A stretch of 64,000 nucleotides of DNA from the human T2T-CHM13v2.0 reference genome, Homo sapiens. Position 1 is the first letter of the stretch, and each line of letters starts with the position of its first letter. Position numbers and translations under genes: made by a program. The stretch lies in assembly GCF_009914755.1 (NCBI RefSeq), contig NC_060926.1. One strand, given 5' to 3'. Below the pieces are notes generated by a model, which saw nothing but the letters and a program-made list of their open reading frames with translations, made no database searches and was not told the DNA's origin. Below are positions 37,964 through 51,165 of this stretch, in pieces.

Positions 37964-38485
37964 CAGGGGTTCGCAACCCCCGAGCCACGAAGGTGCCTCT
38001 TACAGAGACCTGTCCGTGGCCTGTTAGGAACCCAGCCATACAGCAGGAGGTGAGGGCAGACAAGCAAGTGAAGCTTCATCTGCAAGAGAGCTGCTCCCCA
38101 TGGCTCTCATTACTGCCTGAGCTCCTGTCAGATCACCAGAAGCATTAGATTCTCAGAGAAGCACACACCCTATTGTGAACTGCACATGCAAGGGATCTAG
38201 GTTATGTGCTCCTTATGAAAATCTAATGCCTGATGATCTGTCACTGTCTCCCATCACCCCCAGTTAGAAACATCTAGTTGCAGGAAAACAAGCTTAGCTT
38301 AGGGCTCCCACTGACTCGGCATTATGATGAGTTGAATAATTATTTTATTATATATTACTATGTAATAGTAATAGAAATAAAGTGCACAATATATGTCATG
38401 GGCTTGAATCTTCCCAAAATGATCCCCCTACCCCAATCTATAGAAAAATTGGCTTCCAAAAAACCAAAGAGGTTGGGGACTGCTG
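37964..38485 (+). mobile_element. MER1A (hAT-Charlie)
   Basis: caggggttcgcaacccc ... aggttggggactgctg. 8-bp TSD tcttaaag/tcttaaat. Confidence 0.93.
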
Positions 38486-38884
38486 TCTTAAATTATTCAA
38501 TTCAGTGTTACATATTATGGTCACAGAATTCTGCTATGATCATTCTCATATATTTTATTTTACTTTATGTCTAAATGCCCCATATAGCTCAAAACCAGCA
38601 TCAAACTTTAGAACATTTTATTTCTCATAAAGGAAACCCTGTACCATTAGCAATCATTCCCCAATCCCTCCAGACTCCCCCAGCCCTAGGCAAGCATTAA
38701 TCTACATTTTGTTTTACATATTCATATACACTGAACATGTTCATATAAATGGAGTCACGTAATAGGTAGTTTTGTGACTAGCTTCTTTCATTCAGTATGT
38801 TTTCAATGTTCTTTCACCTTGCAGCATTGATGTGCACTTCATTTGTTACTGCTGAATGACATTTCATAGTATAGATATAAGTCA

Positions 38885-39287
<403 letters not shown>

Positions 39288-39369
39288 AAATAATGCTGCT
39301 GTGAACAGTCCTGTGCAAGGTTAGATCTAGATGTGTATTGTCATATCTCTTGGATATGTACTTATGTGT

Positions 39370-40035
39370 GAATCTAATTTCTCTTGTGATTTCTTCTTTG
39401 AGCAATTCATTTTTTTCAGTGTATTGTTAATTTTTAAATTGCCTTATATTGTTTTCTAGTTTAATTTGATTATATTTGGAGAGTATACCTTGTGTGATGT
39501 CAGCACAGTTAAACTTACTGGGCTCATTTTATAGCCTGAAGAATGTTTTACCTTGAAAAATGTTCTATGCACACTTGAGAAGAATTTGTATTTTGCTGCC
39601 ATTGGGTGAAGTATTGTATAGACGTCTATTAGTTGTAGTTGTTTTATAGCAATTGAGTCTTCTATATGCTTATTGATATTCTCCCTAATTGTTTTATCCA
39701 ATTATCAAAAGTGGGATATTGAAGTCTCCAATTACGATAATCAATGTGTCTATCTCTAATTCCATTGGTTTATGATTCATGTATCTTGGAGTTTTATTGT
39801 TGGGTGCATATATGTTTGTAATTGTTTTGTATTAATGATGGACTGTACATTTTATTATTATTAAATACCCCGCTTTAACTCTAGAAACATTCTCAGATTT
39901 GTTGCTTTAAAGTCTATTATATCTACTATAAGCATAATCACTCCAAGTCTCTTATGACTGTATAGTAATCTTTTTTCATTCTTTAACTTTCAGCATATTT
40001 GTTTATCTGAGTCTAAAGTGCGTCACTTGTAGAGC
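39370..40035 (-). mobile_element. L1M ORF2 endonuclease-region relic
   Basis: ORF 39456-39701(-) DKTIRENINKHIED..LIDVYTILHPMAAKYKFFSSVHRTFFKV is homologous to L1 EN DRSTRQKVNKD..LIDIYRTLHPKSTEYTFFSAPHHTYSKI. Confidence 0.88.
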
Positions 40036-40404
40036 AAGCACTATTTGTTAAAATAATAAAGTTATAGTCTAGAGAATACTTCCCTTACATGACAAATGAT
40101 ATCTACTTCAGATAAGTAGCCAAAATCATGTTTCTTCAATAAAAATCTTGCAAGCATCTCTTCTAAACACAAAACCAAGAAAATAAACAGACACAAATAT
40201 TACCAGTTTAAAATGCTGCTCATCATCTGCTGATATGGTAAGGTATGTGTTTCTTAAAGGAGAGAAACAAAAATTTTAATTAGAAGAAAAAAAGTCCTCC
40301 CCATTTCTAGTACTCCTGATTACTTTCCTAATATGTCTTTCTCAATGATTTTTATATCCATCTTAGATGATATTTGCTTTCTTGTTTTAACTTCTTATTT
40401 GCCA

Positions 40405-40550
40405 GTTCTAGTATTCTCCCTCTGAAACGTTGACTTCAAAAGGGCAAGTACTTTTTTTCTGTTTTGTTACTCGAGTTGCCCCCAGTGCTATAAACAGGGT
40501 CGATAAGTAACCATAGCTCAATACACAAGTGAAAATAGATGGATAATTTG
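40405..40550 (+). mobile_element. L2 3' end
   Basis: agggcaagtactttttttctgttttgttact..cccccagtgctataaacagg..gctcaata. Confidence 0.6.
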
Positions 40551-41212
40551 AAGATGAAATAAATTCTACTTCAAAAATGATGAGGAAAATCAACTACAAT
40601 TCTATTAGAATTATTACCAGAGTTCAGTAAGATGGCTGGGTTAAAACGACTATCAAAACTCATGGATTTCCTGAATGTCAAAATTAACTTTTAGAAAATG
40701 TAATTGAAAAAACCCTCATTATCAGCGGCAAAACATATATGGAACATGTCTAAGAATGACCCTAAATGTAGATATGAAAGTACAATATGAAGAAAACTTC
40801 AAATTGATATTAACAGACATCTAAATACTCAATACATAAATATATTCTCCTCATGAATGGGAAGAATTCATACTGTAATTCTCCCTAAATTAATCTAGGT
40901 ATTTACCACGATCAAACTTAAAATGCTAAGGGGCATTTTTAGAAACTTGAGTAAGTCTTGAAGTCTACCTTCGATAATAAATCAATAAAAATATTTAAGA
41001 AAATTAATGGTTGGAGGATGGGAAATGGTAAGCATTCCATGTTTTGATATTATACAACGTAAGGATAATTAAATGGATGTCACCATGTGAAACTGGTGCA
41101 GCATTAAGCAGACAGATTTAAAAAAATGAGCTAGACTATCCTATAGCAACCCCACCTATACAGAGAACTCTAACATACAATAAGGTTATTCTCTCAAATC
41201 AATAGGAAAATA

Positions 41213-41303
41213 TGAATTTTTGAGTGTCAACATGATGCTTAAAGAAAATGCTTATTGGAATGTTGCAAATTTTGAGTTTTCAAATTAAGGATGCTCAAAC
41301 TGT
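41213..41303. mobile_element. Tigger4 (Zombi)-like fragment
   Basis: tttgagtgtcaacatgatgcttaaagaaaatgcttattggaatgttgcaaattttgagttttcaaattaaggatgctcaaactgta. Confidence 0.7.
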
Positions 41304-41600
41304 ACCAAAATCTGCAGACAGTCAAGTCTATGCTATAAAATGGTGGAGCATTTGCATATAACCCTGCACACCCTCCCATGTAATTTAAATTATCTCTAGA
41401 TCTCTTATAACAGCTATACAAAAAATGCTATGTAAATAGTTGTTACATTGTATTATTTAAAGTATAATTTTTTCTTGTTCTGTGTATGTTCAGAAAAAAT
41501 CTGTATATGTTCAGTAGTGCCACAATTGCTTTCAAATATTTTTTATTCAAGGTTGGGGAATCCATGGATGTAGAACTCACAGATGTGGAGAGCCAATTCT
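41304..41600. mobile_element. MER2 (TcMar-Tigger)
   Basis: ataaaatggtggagcatttgcatataacc..aaattatctctagat..atgctatgtaaatagttgtta..gaatccatggatgtagaactcacagatgtggagagccaa. Confidence 0.85.
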
Positions 41601-42939
41601 ACTTATAGATAAATTAAAAATCTAAATGTGTCACATAGGAGACCATCAATTATGTTCTCCAATGTAGGTGGAGATTTATTTAGTCTTGGGGAAGAAGTTT
41701 CTCAATGCAGCTCCAAAGCAGAAACTATAAAGGCAAACATTTTTCTTTATACTAATACTTTCACATGTATGCAGAATTATGAATGTCATGTGGTAAAGCA
41801 CACCTTAAGATATTGAAAGCCAAATGGACTAGAATACAGGTGTACCATATGTGATTAAAAGCTTATAAATATATCTAAAATATATAGAATTTTCCAAAGT
41901 ATCAAGATAAATGTGATCACACTCACTGAAAAACACCAGAAATATGTTGTGAAGCCAATTTCAGGAGGGGTGGAAGAGTGCAGGTCCTGGTGGAACTCCA
42001 AGGGCACCTAAGTTCAGATTCTTTGACACATTTATTCTACATTAGAATTAATAAAACAGAATTTTTTAAATGTTTGAAAATATAGCTAGAAGAATATTAA
42101 TGGTACAAATAGCAAAACTTTGATCCAATTTCTCAAATGTTGGACAGTGAGAAGTATCAGTTGAGATGCAGTATGGGGCAACCGTAAAATAGAATTATCA
42201 AAGTCACCTCTAACAGTGCCTTGTGAACTACCATTTTGCCATCTCTTGGAAATAATTTTATTTGCCATTGGACAGGGTTATATAAAAGTGGAATATTCAT
42301 CAGATATGGTAGCACACCTCAGGAATACTTTTTCAAAAATCCTAGCATTTGAAGAATTTAACAAAAATAAAATAAACTGATGTTTACAGAGTATACTGCC
42401 ATTTAAAGCATGTTTTCTCATCTATTATATAATTTGAGCTCCTGCTTCATATAGTGACACTTTACTGTTAACCAGATATTATATCCAAGGAAATAGAGAT
42501 GAGGACCCAGTTCACACAGATGATAAGTGGCAGAGCAGAGATTAAACTGTGAAGATAAATAATACTATTTATCTTATTAATTAAAACTGAGACCCAAAGA
42601 GATACCTCACCTGTCAAAGATCACACAGGCCCTCCAACCTAATCTATATCCCATGCCACTGTTACTATTCCCTGCTTCTTGTCATGTATGTGGCCATATT
42701 AGATGATCTGAAAGTTATTGGAGAGCAGGTCAAGACATCAAACTAAATATATCTAATTTAATTCACATGGGTGCAGGGGTTTGAAACAGAGGAAGGAAGT
42801 ATAAGAGCAAAAAAATGTCTGCAAGGTGTGTAACATCTATCATTGTGATAAAAACAAAATACATTAGAATGTGATGTACTATGTGGTCTAATAGCAGCAT
42901 GTAAAAAAAGTAGGATCTGTGCAGAGGATGTATGTCATT

Positions 42940-43135
42940 TACACACCCATACCCTCCACACCCACACTCACACACTCATAGACACATTCCCACACACCCA
43001 TACCCACACTTGTACAACCACAGTCACATGTTCACTCACATACACTCACACAACCATTTCATGTGCACACATACTCATACACTCACTCAAACATGCCTAC
43101 ACTCACACACGCACTCACACACGTTCACATACAAA
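42940..43135. repeat. CA-rich degenerate simple repeat
   Basis: Direct observation; the source of the His/Thr-rich ORF 42932-43177. Confidence 0.9.
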
Positions 43136-43439
43136 CATCTCCGTTCGTATTCCACGACGAGAAAGGAATACTTCTGAAAAACGCTTTACAGAGGTGATGA
43201 AATATGAATAGGTCTTGTAAGAAAAGGAGTGTTTCTCCCTTTAAAAATAAAGATGGTCACTCTCAGAGGGAATGTGTTTCAACAAAAGGGCTGAATGTGA
43301 CAGCAACTCACATTCACCATCCTTGTGTGAAATTCCAATAACAAGAAGTGAAGGTCTATGGAAGGCCGATGGTCACAGGATCTTAAAGCGACAAAAGTGC
43401 TGAGACATCCTCATCTCTCTCTGCAACTCCTCACCTTCT

Positions 43440-43650
43440 CCTTGCCCCACTTTCTCTCACAACTTCCCACTGTGTTGAGCAATTGTATCATTGTCTCTTA
43501 CCTTTTTTACTCACTGAAATGTCCATTCCACCAGGGCCTTGGTCTTGCCATTTTGTTCATTAGCAAATCCCTAGTTTGTAAGACAATGCCTGGCATGGAG
43601 GAAGTGCTCCATAAATGCATTAGAAAATTAAGAATAAAGGAAAGAATAAA
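43440..43650 (+). mobile_element. L2 3' end
   Basis: tgaaatgtccattccaccagggc..ttttgttcattagcaaatccctag..agacaatgcctggcatggaggaagtgctccataaat. Confidence 0.75.
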
Positions 43651-43657
43651 CGTTTGC

Positions 43658-43850
43658 TTTGGGCCCAAATTCTGGCTGGGTGTCATTAAATAGCGGCATG
43701 ACCTTAGACAGGTAAATCCATCTGAATTTTGGCTTTCTTACTTTAAAAATTGGAATATTAATAATCGTTGAAACACTAAGGTTGATGAAGGAGTAAATCA
43801 TGGATGCAAACCATTAGCAAAATGAGTACCTAGTAGTTGTTAATGCAAGC
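43658..43850 (+). mobile_element. MIR SINE
   Basis: gggcccaaattctggct..tgaccttagacaggtaa..tttcttactttaaaaattggaat. Confidence 0.6.
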
Positions 43851-46059
43851 ATGATGGTGGTGCTGGTGATGCTGATGACGCTGATGAGATTAGTAGGACT
43901 AATAGGATTTTTGGTTCCGGTGGTAATGGTCATACTGGTGGTGCTATCTTTCTCTCCGGGGATTAAATCAACTTCTTGGTTGGTGACAGTGCATCACCTC
44001 GTGTCCCACTGGAGCACACCAGTGACCAATACCAGATACACAGGGACCAGAGCTACTCATTTTCAAACAGTCACTCCCACTCAAAGAGCTTAAACATCTT
44101 AACTTGAAATTAATGATGTTACTCATTCATACAAACATCTGTCGTGAAAAATCCTGCCTGAGATGCTATGTCCACATCTAAGTGTATGCATGTTCCTCCA
44201 AGATCCTGAAAGTAACGTATTTCTAAATTATCGTATTAAATGGTGGTGGGGTTATGACAGTCTCTTTATCATTTGCATTTGATTACAGTGCATAATGATT
44301 AGAAATCTTTGTTTTGTGACATATTTCGAGTAATAACTACAGTCATTGCCATTGATCTCTACATCCCAAAGTGGGAACCCATCAAGTCATGCAAGAACCT
44401 TTGCTCCTACTCAAATCGAATTTGAGATAAGCTACGAAATGGATTCTCTCTCAAAACCCTGAAATAAAAATTTTAAGCAAAAATAAAATGAGCTTGTTCT
44501 AATAACAGGCTCACCAAAAATGAACAATTCACATTCTAAAATTCATCTAGCAGAAGACGCTTGACCCAAGTGAGTGGCAGTCCTTCCCACCAAGGACTTA
44601 CTTCGTGAAAGGAGCAAACAGGCCCCACTCTCTGCCAACCCATGGGTAGATCTCTGCAAGGTATTGTATTGCCCATCTCCAAAATCATTATTATCTCATT
44701 ACCTCTCATAAGCTCACCTTGTGTTATTTCCAGTAGGACATCTTAAGCTTCTGCATTGCTTAACCTGCCTTCCAGCAGAGAGGTAGTCATGTGATGAGAC
44801 CCATCTGAGTGCACCAGAGCAAAAAAGATAATGAATAGCTTAATTGTCCTGGGGCCACTGAGAACTTTGTAATTTAGGAAACACGGCCAGGAGATTGCTC
44901 ATAACATCCTGGCAAGTTGACTCATTTGGAAAAAGGTAGAGTCTGAGTGTGCACATTCTGTTCCTCCTCTTTACATCACTTTAGGGTTCACCTGAGAGGA
45001 CGTTCAATCAAAGAGCTGATTGTATGTGCAAAGAATGTGTTGTATTCTCAGGTGGCACAGAAGACTTCTTGTGCATATACCGCATTATAAAGACAGAGGC
45101 CTCCACCATTGTTTTGACAGCAAAGCCCCTATGTATTTAAGGGCAGATCTCTTCTTTGTCTAGCATCTCGAGCTCTCAGCCTGTGTGAAGCACAGTGTCA
45201 CTTTGAGTATATTCTCTGTCCCTTCTCCCTGTAAGGTATTTCCTTCCTTTCTTCATCTTCACTCATTGCACCTCTCCCTGGGAGTAAGAGGCAAAATCGC
45301 ACGCCAGCGTGGAAATGACATTCCGCTGCTGTGGCTGCAAGATGGCTCTCAACAAAATGTCCCTGGAGTCTGGCTGGCCGCCTCCTAATTGGCCACCATG
45401 GCTCAATTTCCACTCATGTTCTGCGCCAAAATTAGAAGGATTTAATGCAGACGAAGCTCCTCCAATCCCACTTCCTGACACCCCATCATTCTAAGAGACA
45501 CACACAGTCGCAGATAAGCAGCCTCTTTTCCAGCAGTTACTCAAAGGTCAGAAAACTCTATGAGAATCAGAGAAAAGAAAATGTCAACCTGGGAATTACT
45601 GGATGTGTGCATGTGCAGAAGGCCAAATCTTTTAAAAGATAAATATCATAGACAGAGAGTGCGCTGAGGGACCTTAGGGTTTTCACAGTTTACCGTGAGA
45701 TTTATAACATCCAAGCTGCTCAAGACAGCACTCCATGTAGCATTCAAAGATCTCCAGGAGCTACTTTTATTTGTTTTTCAGCCCTACACTTGCTTCTTTT
45801 CATTCCTTTTTCCCCACATTTCTGGGGATTGGAACTTAACTTGACCCAGGTTAGATTAAATGTTCACTCCCACATCACATAACTGTAGCCAGGAAGTTAG
45901 GGTTATTTTCTTAAAAAAATTAACAGCTGCCTGAAATGCTTAGTTAAAGAAGAAGACTGGTAGATGGTTTGTTTTTTATTATCTATGACTAGAATAAAAC
46001 AAACGAAAAAGTACATCAAGGATTCTACTACTACCACCCTCATCAGTAACAAGAAGAAG

Positions 46060-46230
46060 ATAGTTCAGACTTTGGAGTCACATTGAACACCAGATGTGAC
46101 TTAATGCCACTATTTCTAATCCATGTGGCCTTGAGTGTGGTCACTTAGAAATCCCTTAACTTCTCAAAGCCAAACTTGCCTCACTTTTAAAATGGGCATG
46201 AGAGCAATGTCTGGGACCTGGGAGAGTTGA
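46060..46230 (+). mobile_element. MIR SINE
   Basis: cagactttggagtca..tgccacta..tgtggccttgag..cttaacttctcaaagcc..cctcacttttaaaatggg. Confidence 0.65.
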
Positions 46231-48182
46231 GGATGCACGCAGCACACTAGGCCCAGTGCCCATCCCCTCTTCAGCTCTGGACTCCACTAAGAGAAATCAG
46301 ACATGGTGAAATGTGGTCCTGAGGATGACAGCTGCGATTCACTTCCAAGCTTCAGACCCTGCAGTGTCACCAAGACAACTGCATTGTTTCAGATGCTGCT
46401 TCTTAGGGGGCCCGAATTGGCCCAGAGCATGAACTAGATTCCCTTAGTACTAAATAGTCCTGCGAGCACCATGGGGACTTTCTGTAAAAAGCAGTATTAT
46501 TGTCAGTCCTTAGGGTCTACAAAATGCTCAGTTATAATTTTACAGTATTATGGATAGAAGTGTTTTAGGTTTTGAAGACTAACCAGGAGATAACACATAA
46601 AGTAGGATCTTAGTGTAAAGCTTCTTAAAATGTATTTCCATGTGATAAAAGACCAGATAAATGTGTTGATTCACTTTGTCCTGAAAAGAAAAACATCAGT
46701 AAAAATTAATTCTTGTTACTCCTGTGTTCAAGTTAATAAAAACATTGCAGTACTTTGAAGCACGTGAGAACGTACTGGTTTTAAAACAATGATGACCTCT
46801 ACAAAATAGCCTACATTGCCAAGGTGTTGGTTAGAGGCAGTGTAGAGTGAACTAGATCCGTCTATATAGTTATGAAAAGCTTTGGTGACGTTTCATGAGT
46901 TGCATTTTTTACAGATTTATCCAACATTTTAGTTGTATTTTTGTTTCTATTCTTAGGTAAACCAGACAACGATGTTATATTTATCTTCAGGTTTAGAGGA
47001 ATTGTGATCATTTTGGCCTTTTACATTCAAAAGGAAATCGTTGTGGTAGGTGGAAATTGTTTGTCACATCTAACTTTCTAGAATGGCGACATTTTAAAGG
47101 TTAGATAATTTTTTGGGAAGAAAAAATAGTACCACATTGCCCTTAAGATGTTACTTTTGCTGGTAAGTAGTGATATTCCTGGGGCAAATGTCATCTCTGT
47201 ACCACAGGGCACCACCGGGCACGGACGTGCAGCCCTCCCCCACACCGCTCCGCAGTGAGCTCACTACAACCTTCTTAATTGCTCTGAAGCTAGGTGGGCT
47301 TCCAAACGCATTCTTAATGATCAGTGGACCGTGAGCTCAGAATCTTTGTTTCATGCCCCCCATCAACAATTGATCTGTAATTTCCATATGATGGAGACAA
47401 AAATGTCTCTTTAGTAAGGAAGTTGCTTTACTTCCTAGAGAGACATATATGAAACATACAAATCAAGTGAGGGAAAATTTAATTTTCACGGCTATAGGTA
47501 TAGGAAAGAGCCAATTGTCCCTATTTAAAACACATAATTTGTATTTTCTCCCAATATATTAAGAAAAATGTAGAACTATATTTGCCTTCTGATTCCAGTT
47601 CCCCTCTCCTGGGTGCAGTCATATACCTTTGCAAAAGTTCATATGCCTTCTTTCTAACCAAATCCCAATTGCTGGAGAAGTTTATAAAAACTTCCTTTTA
47701 TGGGAAATAAATACCATTAATGTCAGGATTATATTCTATTGTTTTGATGCAAGATATTCAAACAGAAACGTGTGAGAATTTCCCCAGAAACAGGTGCAGG
47801 AGTATCTCAGAGGAGAACATGATACAAATCTCCAATCTGCCGCAAAAGCCCTTTTGCCTAAAAATCATTTTTGTGGGATCTGTGTCCATAAAAATTAGAA
47901 GAAACTTGCCCTTTGCTGTCCAAAGTAAGGTTAGGAAGACTGCGATTGGGTATCAGCATAGTCCACAGCCATTGCTCTGATGGAATAATAAGAGGGGAGG
48001 ACCATCCTTTCCCATCCTACACTGGATAGGTCTAAGGTGAAGCTGCCCACGTTCAACTGACTGGCAGGTGCTGTGTGATAGAAGTTTCCTGGAACCCACA
48101 GACCCCAGGCCTTTTGGAAAGTATGCGCATCCCATCTTCCGGCTAAGCTCAAAAGCTGCGTGGGTAACAGGTTTTTTTTTTT

Positions 48183-48254
48183 AATTACTTGGCATTACAT
48201 TTAATACGGAAAAAGAAATGGTAAAACAACTTGTCTTTGTCTTAATGTGCTGTA
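48183..48254 (+). repeat. Donor copy of a 72-bp dispersed direct duplication
   Basis: 71/72 identical to 49623-49694. Confidence 0.97.
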
Positions 48255-49269
48255 ATTTACCTCTCTCACTAAGTATTTTTAAATCAAATGATAATATTGC
48301 CCATAAAGTTAAGATTCACTGATTTCTTTCAGGCCAAGCATGTAACCTTCCTTGAGCCAAATTTCCTTAAACTACAAAAACACAACATTTGAATGACAGT
48401 CTTTCTTTATGTTGCAGACTGTCAAATGCTCTATAGAGTTGAAAGGTTAGATATAAGTATTAATAGTTTTATTGAGAATTCCCTTTTGATGCACACTTCT
48501 GCAAAACAAAAAAAAGGAATCCAAAAATACACTATAAGCAATAAATGAATAAATGGGAAGCAGACACACACACACTGTCAATTTTTCAGTCTCTCACCAA
48601 TATATTACTGTCCATTTTTTCAGTGTATAGAATGACTACCCACAGAGTTACTTATCTGTACAATACCTGGCTTTTGTTTTATTGTAGAAATGGACAGGGA
48701 AAGCAGGAACAAGCTTCCCTTGTCCACTTTCTTATATACTTAGGACACATAGTGGTTTTATAAAAGTGCCCGTGGAGGCATTAAACAAGCTTTTGTTAAA
48801 TTCCCTTGAAAAACAGGATTTTCTGGCAATTTGTTCCCTATTTGTTCAGAGATAGACTTAATGCACCTAACTTATACTGAGAATGGGTCTGAGGTTTTGC
48901 AATGTATTTATTTATTTTATTTTTAACTGCCTCTGCCCCCAAGGATCTCATTAAAGTGAGAAATGGACATAGTGCAGTCATGGATTGGTTGTGTGGCTCT
49001 TCCGTATTCTTGATAATACCTAAATTCTTCCACTTGTTCCTATAAACCAAGGTGGATCCGACAGGTATTGTGCAATCATAAAACCAGAAAGGATTCCTTG
49101 CAGCAAGGGTCACTGAGAAGGCTGAATGCTCATATATATTTCCTTCTTTTTACCTTGGAGCCTGAGGTTCAGGATAAGACAGAGGCTCCGCACAATACTA
49201 AAGAGCATGCAGTTAGACGAAGAATAATTTGAGATTTTCATGTAACAAATAGTGATGCACCTTGATAAA

Positions 49270-49782
49270 AAATATATATATACACATACACATATTTTTA
49301 CATATATACATTTAATATATATAATATACAATATATAATATTATAATTATATATTATATAGTATATTTATATAATTATAATATACAAAAATATATAATAT
49401 ATAATATATGTAATATATAAACATACATTATATTATATTATATATTATATATTATATGTAATATATAAATATAGTTTATATAATGTATATTATATATAAT
49501 ATATACACATTATATAATATATAGTATATATTATGTATATATTATATATAATATATACATTATATACAATTATATTATATATAATTATATATAATATAAT
49601 TATATACAATATATATATTTTAAATTACTTGGCATTACATTTAATATGGAAAAAGAAATGGTAAAACAACTTGTCTTTGTCTTAATGTGCTGTATGGATT
49701 ATATATTATGTATATTAAATGTATGTATGTAAAAAATTTAAATTATATTAAACATATATATATATACATACATACATACATT
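49270..49782. repeat. AT-rich (TA)n-derived low-complexity array containing a 72-bp insert
   Basis: Direct observation; the insert lies at 49623-49694. Confidence 0.96.
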
Positions 49783-50989
49783 TAAAATTGGTAAACTCTA
49801 CAGTTCAGACATAAAAGTAAGCTAAGTTACAGATTGTGATATTTTAGACTTGTAGAATCTGGAGCAGTCACTAGTGGCCTGCTGTCTTACTATTCAGAAG
49901 AATCAGTAAGGCCCTGGGTGAAGAAATGGTAATATATTAATCATGATAGTTTTAGTCCAAGTCAAACCTTATCTCTTCCAATGAAGGGTGATGAGAGGTC
50001 AGGTTGAGGGAGAGGGTGTAGGGCGGCAAGGGAAGGGGTCTGTCATATGCAATTGTTTCACCAGGACAGAGATTACCTCTCTGGGTGAAGAATTACCTGG
50101 CGATGAGAAGAAAGGTGGCTGGGGAAACGCTCTGCTTGTGTTGAAAGTGAGTTCTACTTAATGCTATATGACTTTGTTCCCACTGGCATTTCCTTTGCCC
50201 TCATCTCCAAAAGTGTAAATATAGAATAAAATTTAGAATTAAATATCAGAAATTTATTCAGAACGTTAGTAGTCAAGAGCTTCATTTAACTGGATTTAAT
50301 AATTGTATTACATGTGGATAATGTGGCCTCAGTATTCATTTTAACTTCTCTCTTGAGGATTAAGGAGCTCCTCTGTGACTGGTGGGGGGTTCCAGGTGGT
50401 TCTCCCACATCTCATGCTGCATGGAGAACCTGTATTGTCCAGGGGGTCATGGACAGGAGTGAAATAAAGGGATTGACAGTGTAGCCCAGCATCACATGGC
50501 TGTGAGCATTTCACAAATTGCATTGGATTTGATGACAAAAATTTCATTTGGGAAAATCTCCTTCCTGGATAAGCTGATCTGGATGAGTTCCCACACAGCA
50601 GCAGGTCATGGTGGACTTACCTTGAGAATTACAACTACCAGCGAGTCATTTTACAGAAAGAGTTAGTAAATTCATTTTTGTTTAAAACAGCTGGGACCTC
50701 ATACAGCTTGACTGATTGGATCGTTCTAAGATACAATTCTATTCAGATGTAGGTACTGTTTTGGAAGGAGGGCACTCTTTGAGTTCGGCACTATTTATAC
50801 CTTACCATTCTAGCCAACTCTTAATGGATGGCCAGATGGTTTATTAGTATTAGGTTTTAAAATGGAAACAGCATACTACTATTTCCTCCACTCCAAGGAG
50901 CTAATCTAGTCCAGAAAAGTAGACTGAGATATTGATCCTCTTCTATTCTTAGAGAAGAAAGAGGGTAAAGTAGAGAAAACCCTGATAAT

Positions 50990-51165
50990 TCAGAGGAGAC
51001 ATCAGAAACCTGGGCTTCATCCTTGACTGTGTTACAAACTAGTGTGTGACTTTGAACAAGTTTCCGAATGTTAATTCCCTCATCACTAGGGGATCATAGA
51101 CTTGATTTTCTGTTCCAGGATACCATTAAGGTGAGTGGGGCTACTGTTAAGTATAATAATAATGG
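50990..51165 (+). mobile_element. MIR SINE
   Basis: agaaacctgggcttcatccttgactgtg..actagtgtgtgactttgaacaagtt..ttccctcatc. Confidence 0.6.

Larger units (their letters stand above)
40590..41960 (+). mobile_element. Diverged L1M ORF2 relic, interrupted by Tigger4/MER2
   Basis: tattagaattatt..agagttcagtaagatggctgg; ctcatgaatgggaagaattcata..aattctccctaaattaatcta. Confidence 0.65.

Noticed and set aside
43851-44093. Hydrophobic 80-aa ORF resembling a membrane peptide
   Set aside because: Derived from a degenerate (TGG/TGA)n tract at a MIR tail.
50610-50625. Perfect minus-strand donor AAG|GTAAGT (others near 53142 and 61422)
   Set aside because: I could not pair them with acceptors and an open frame, and they are expected by chance.
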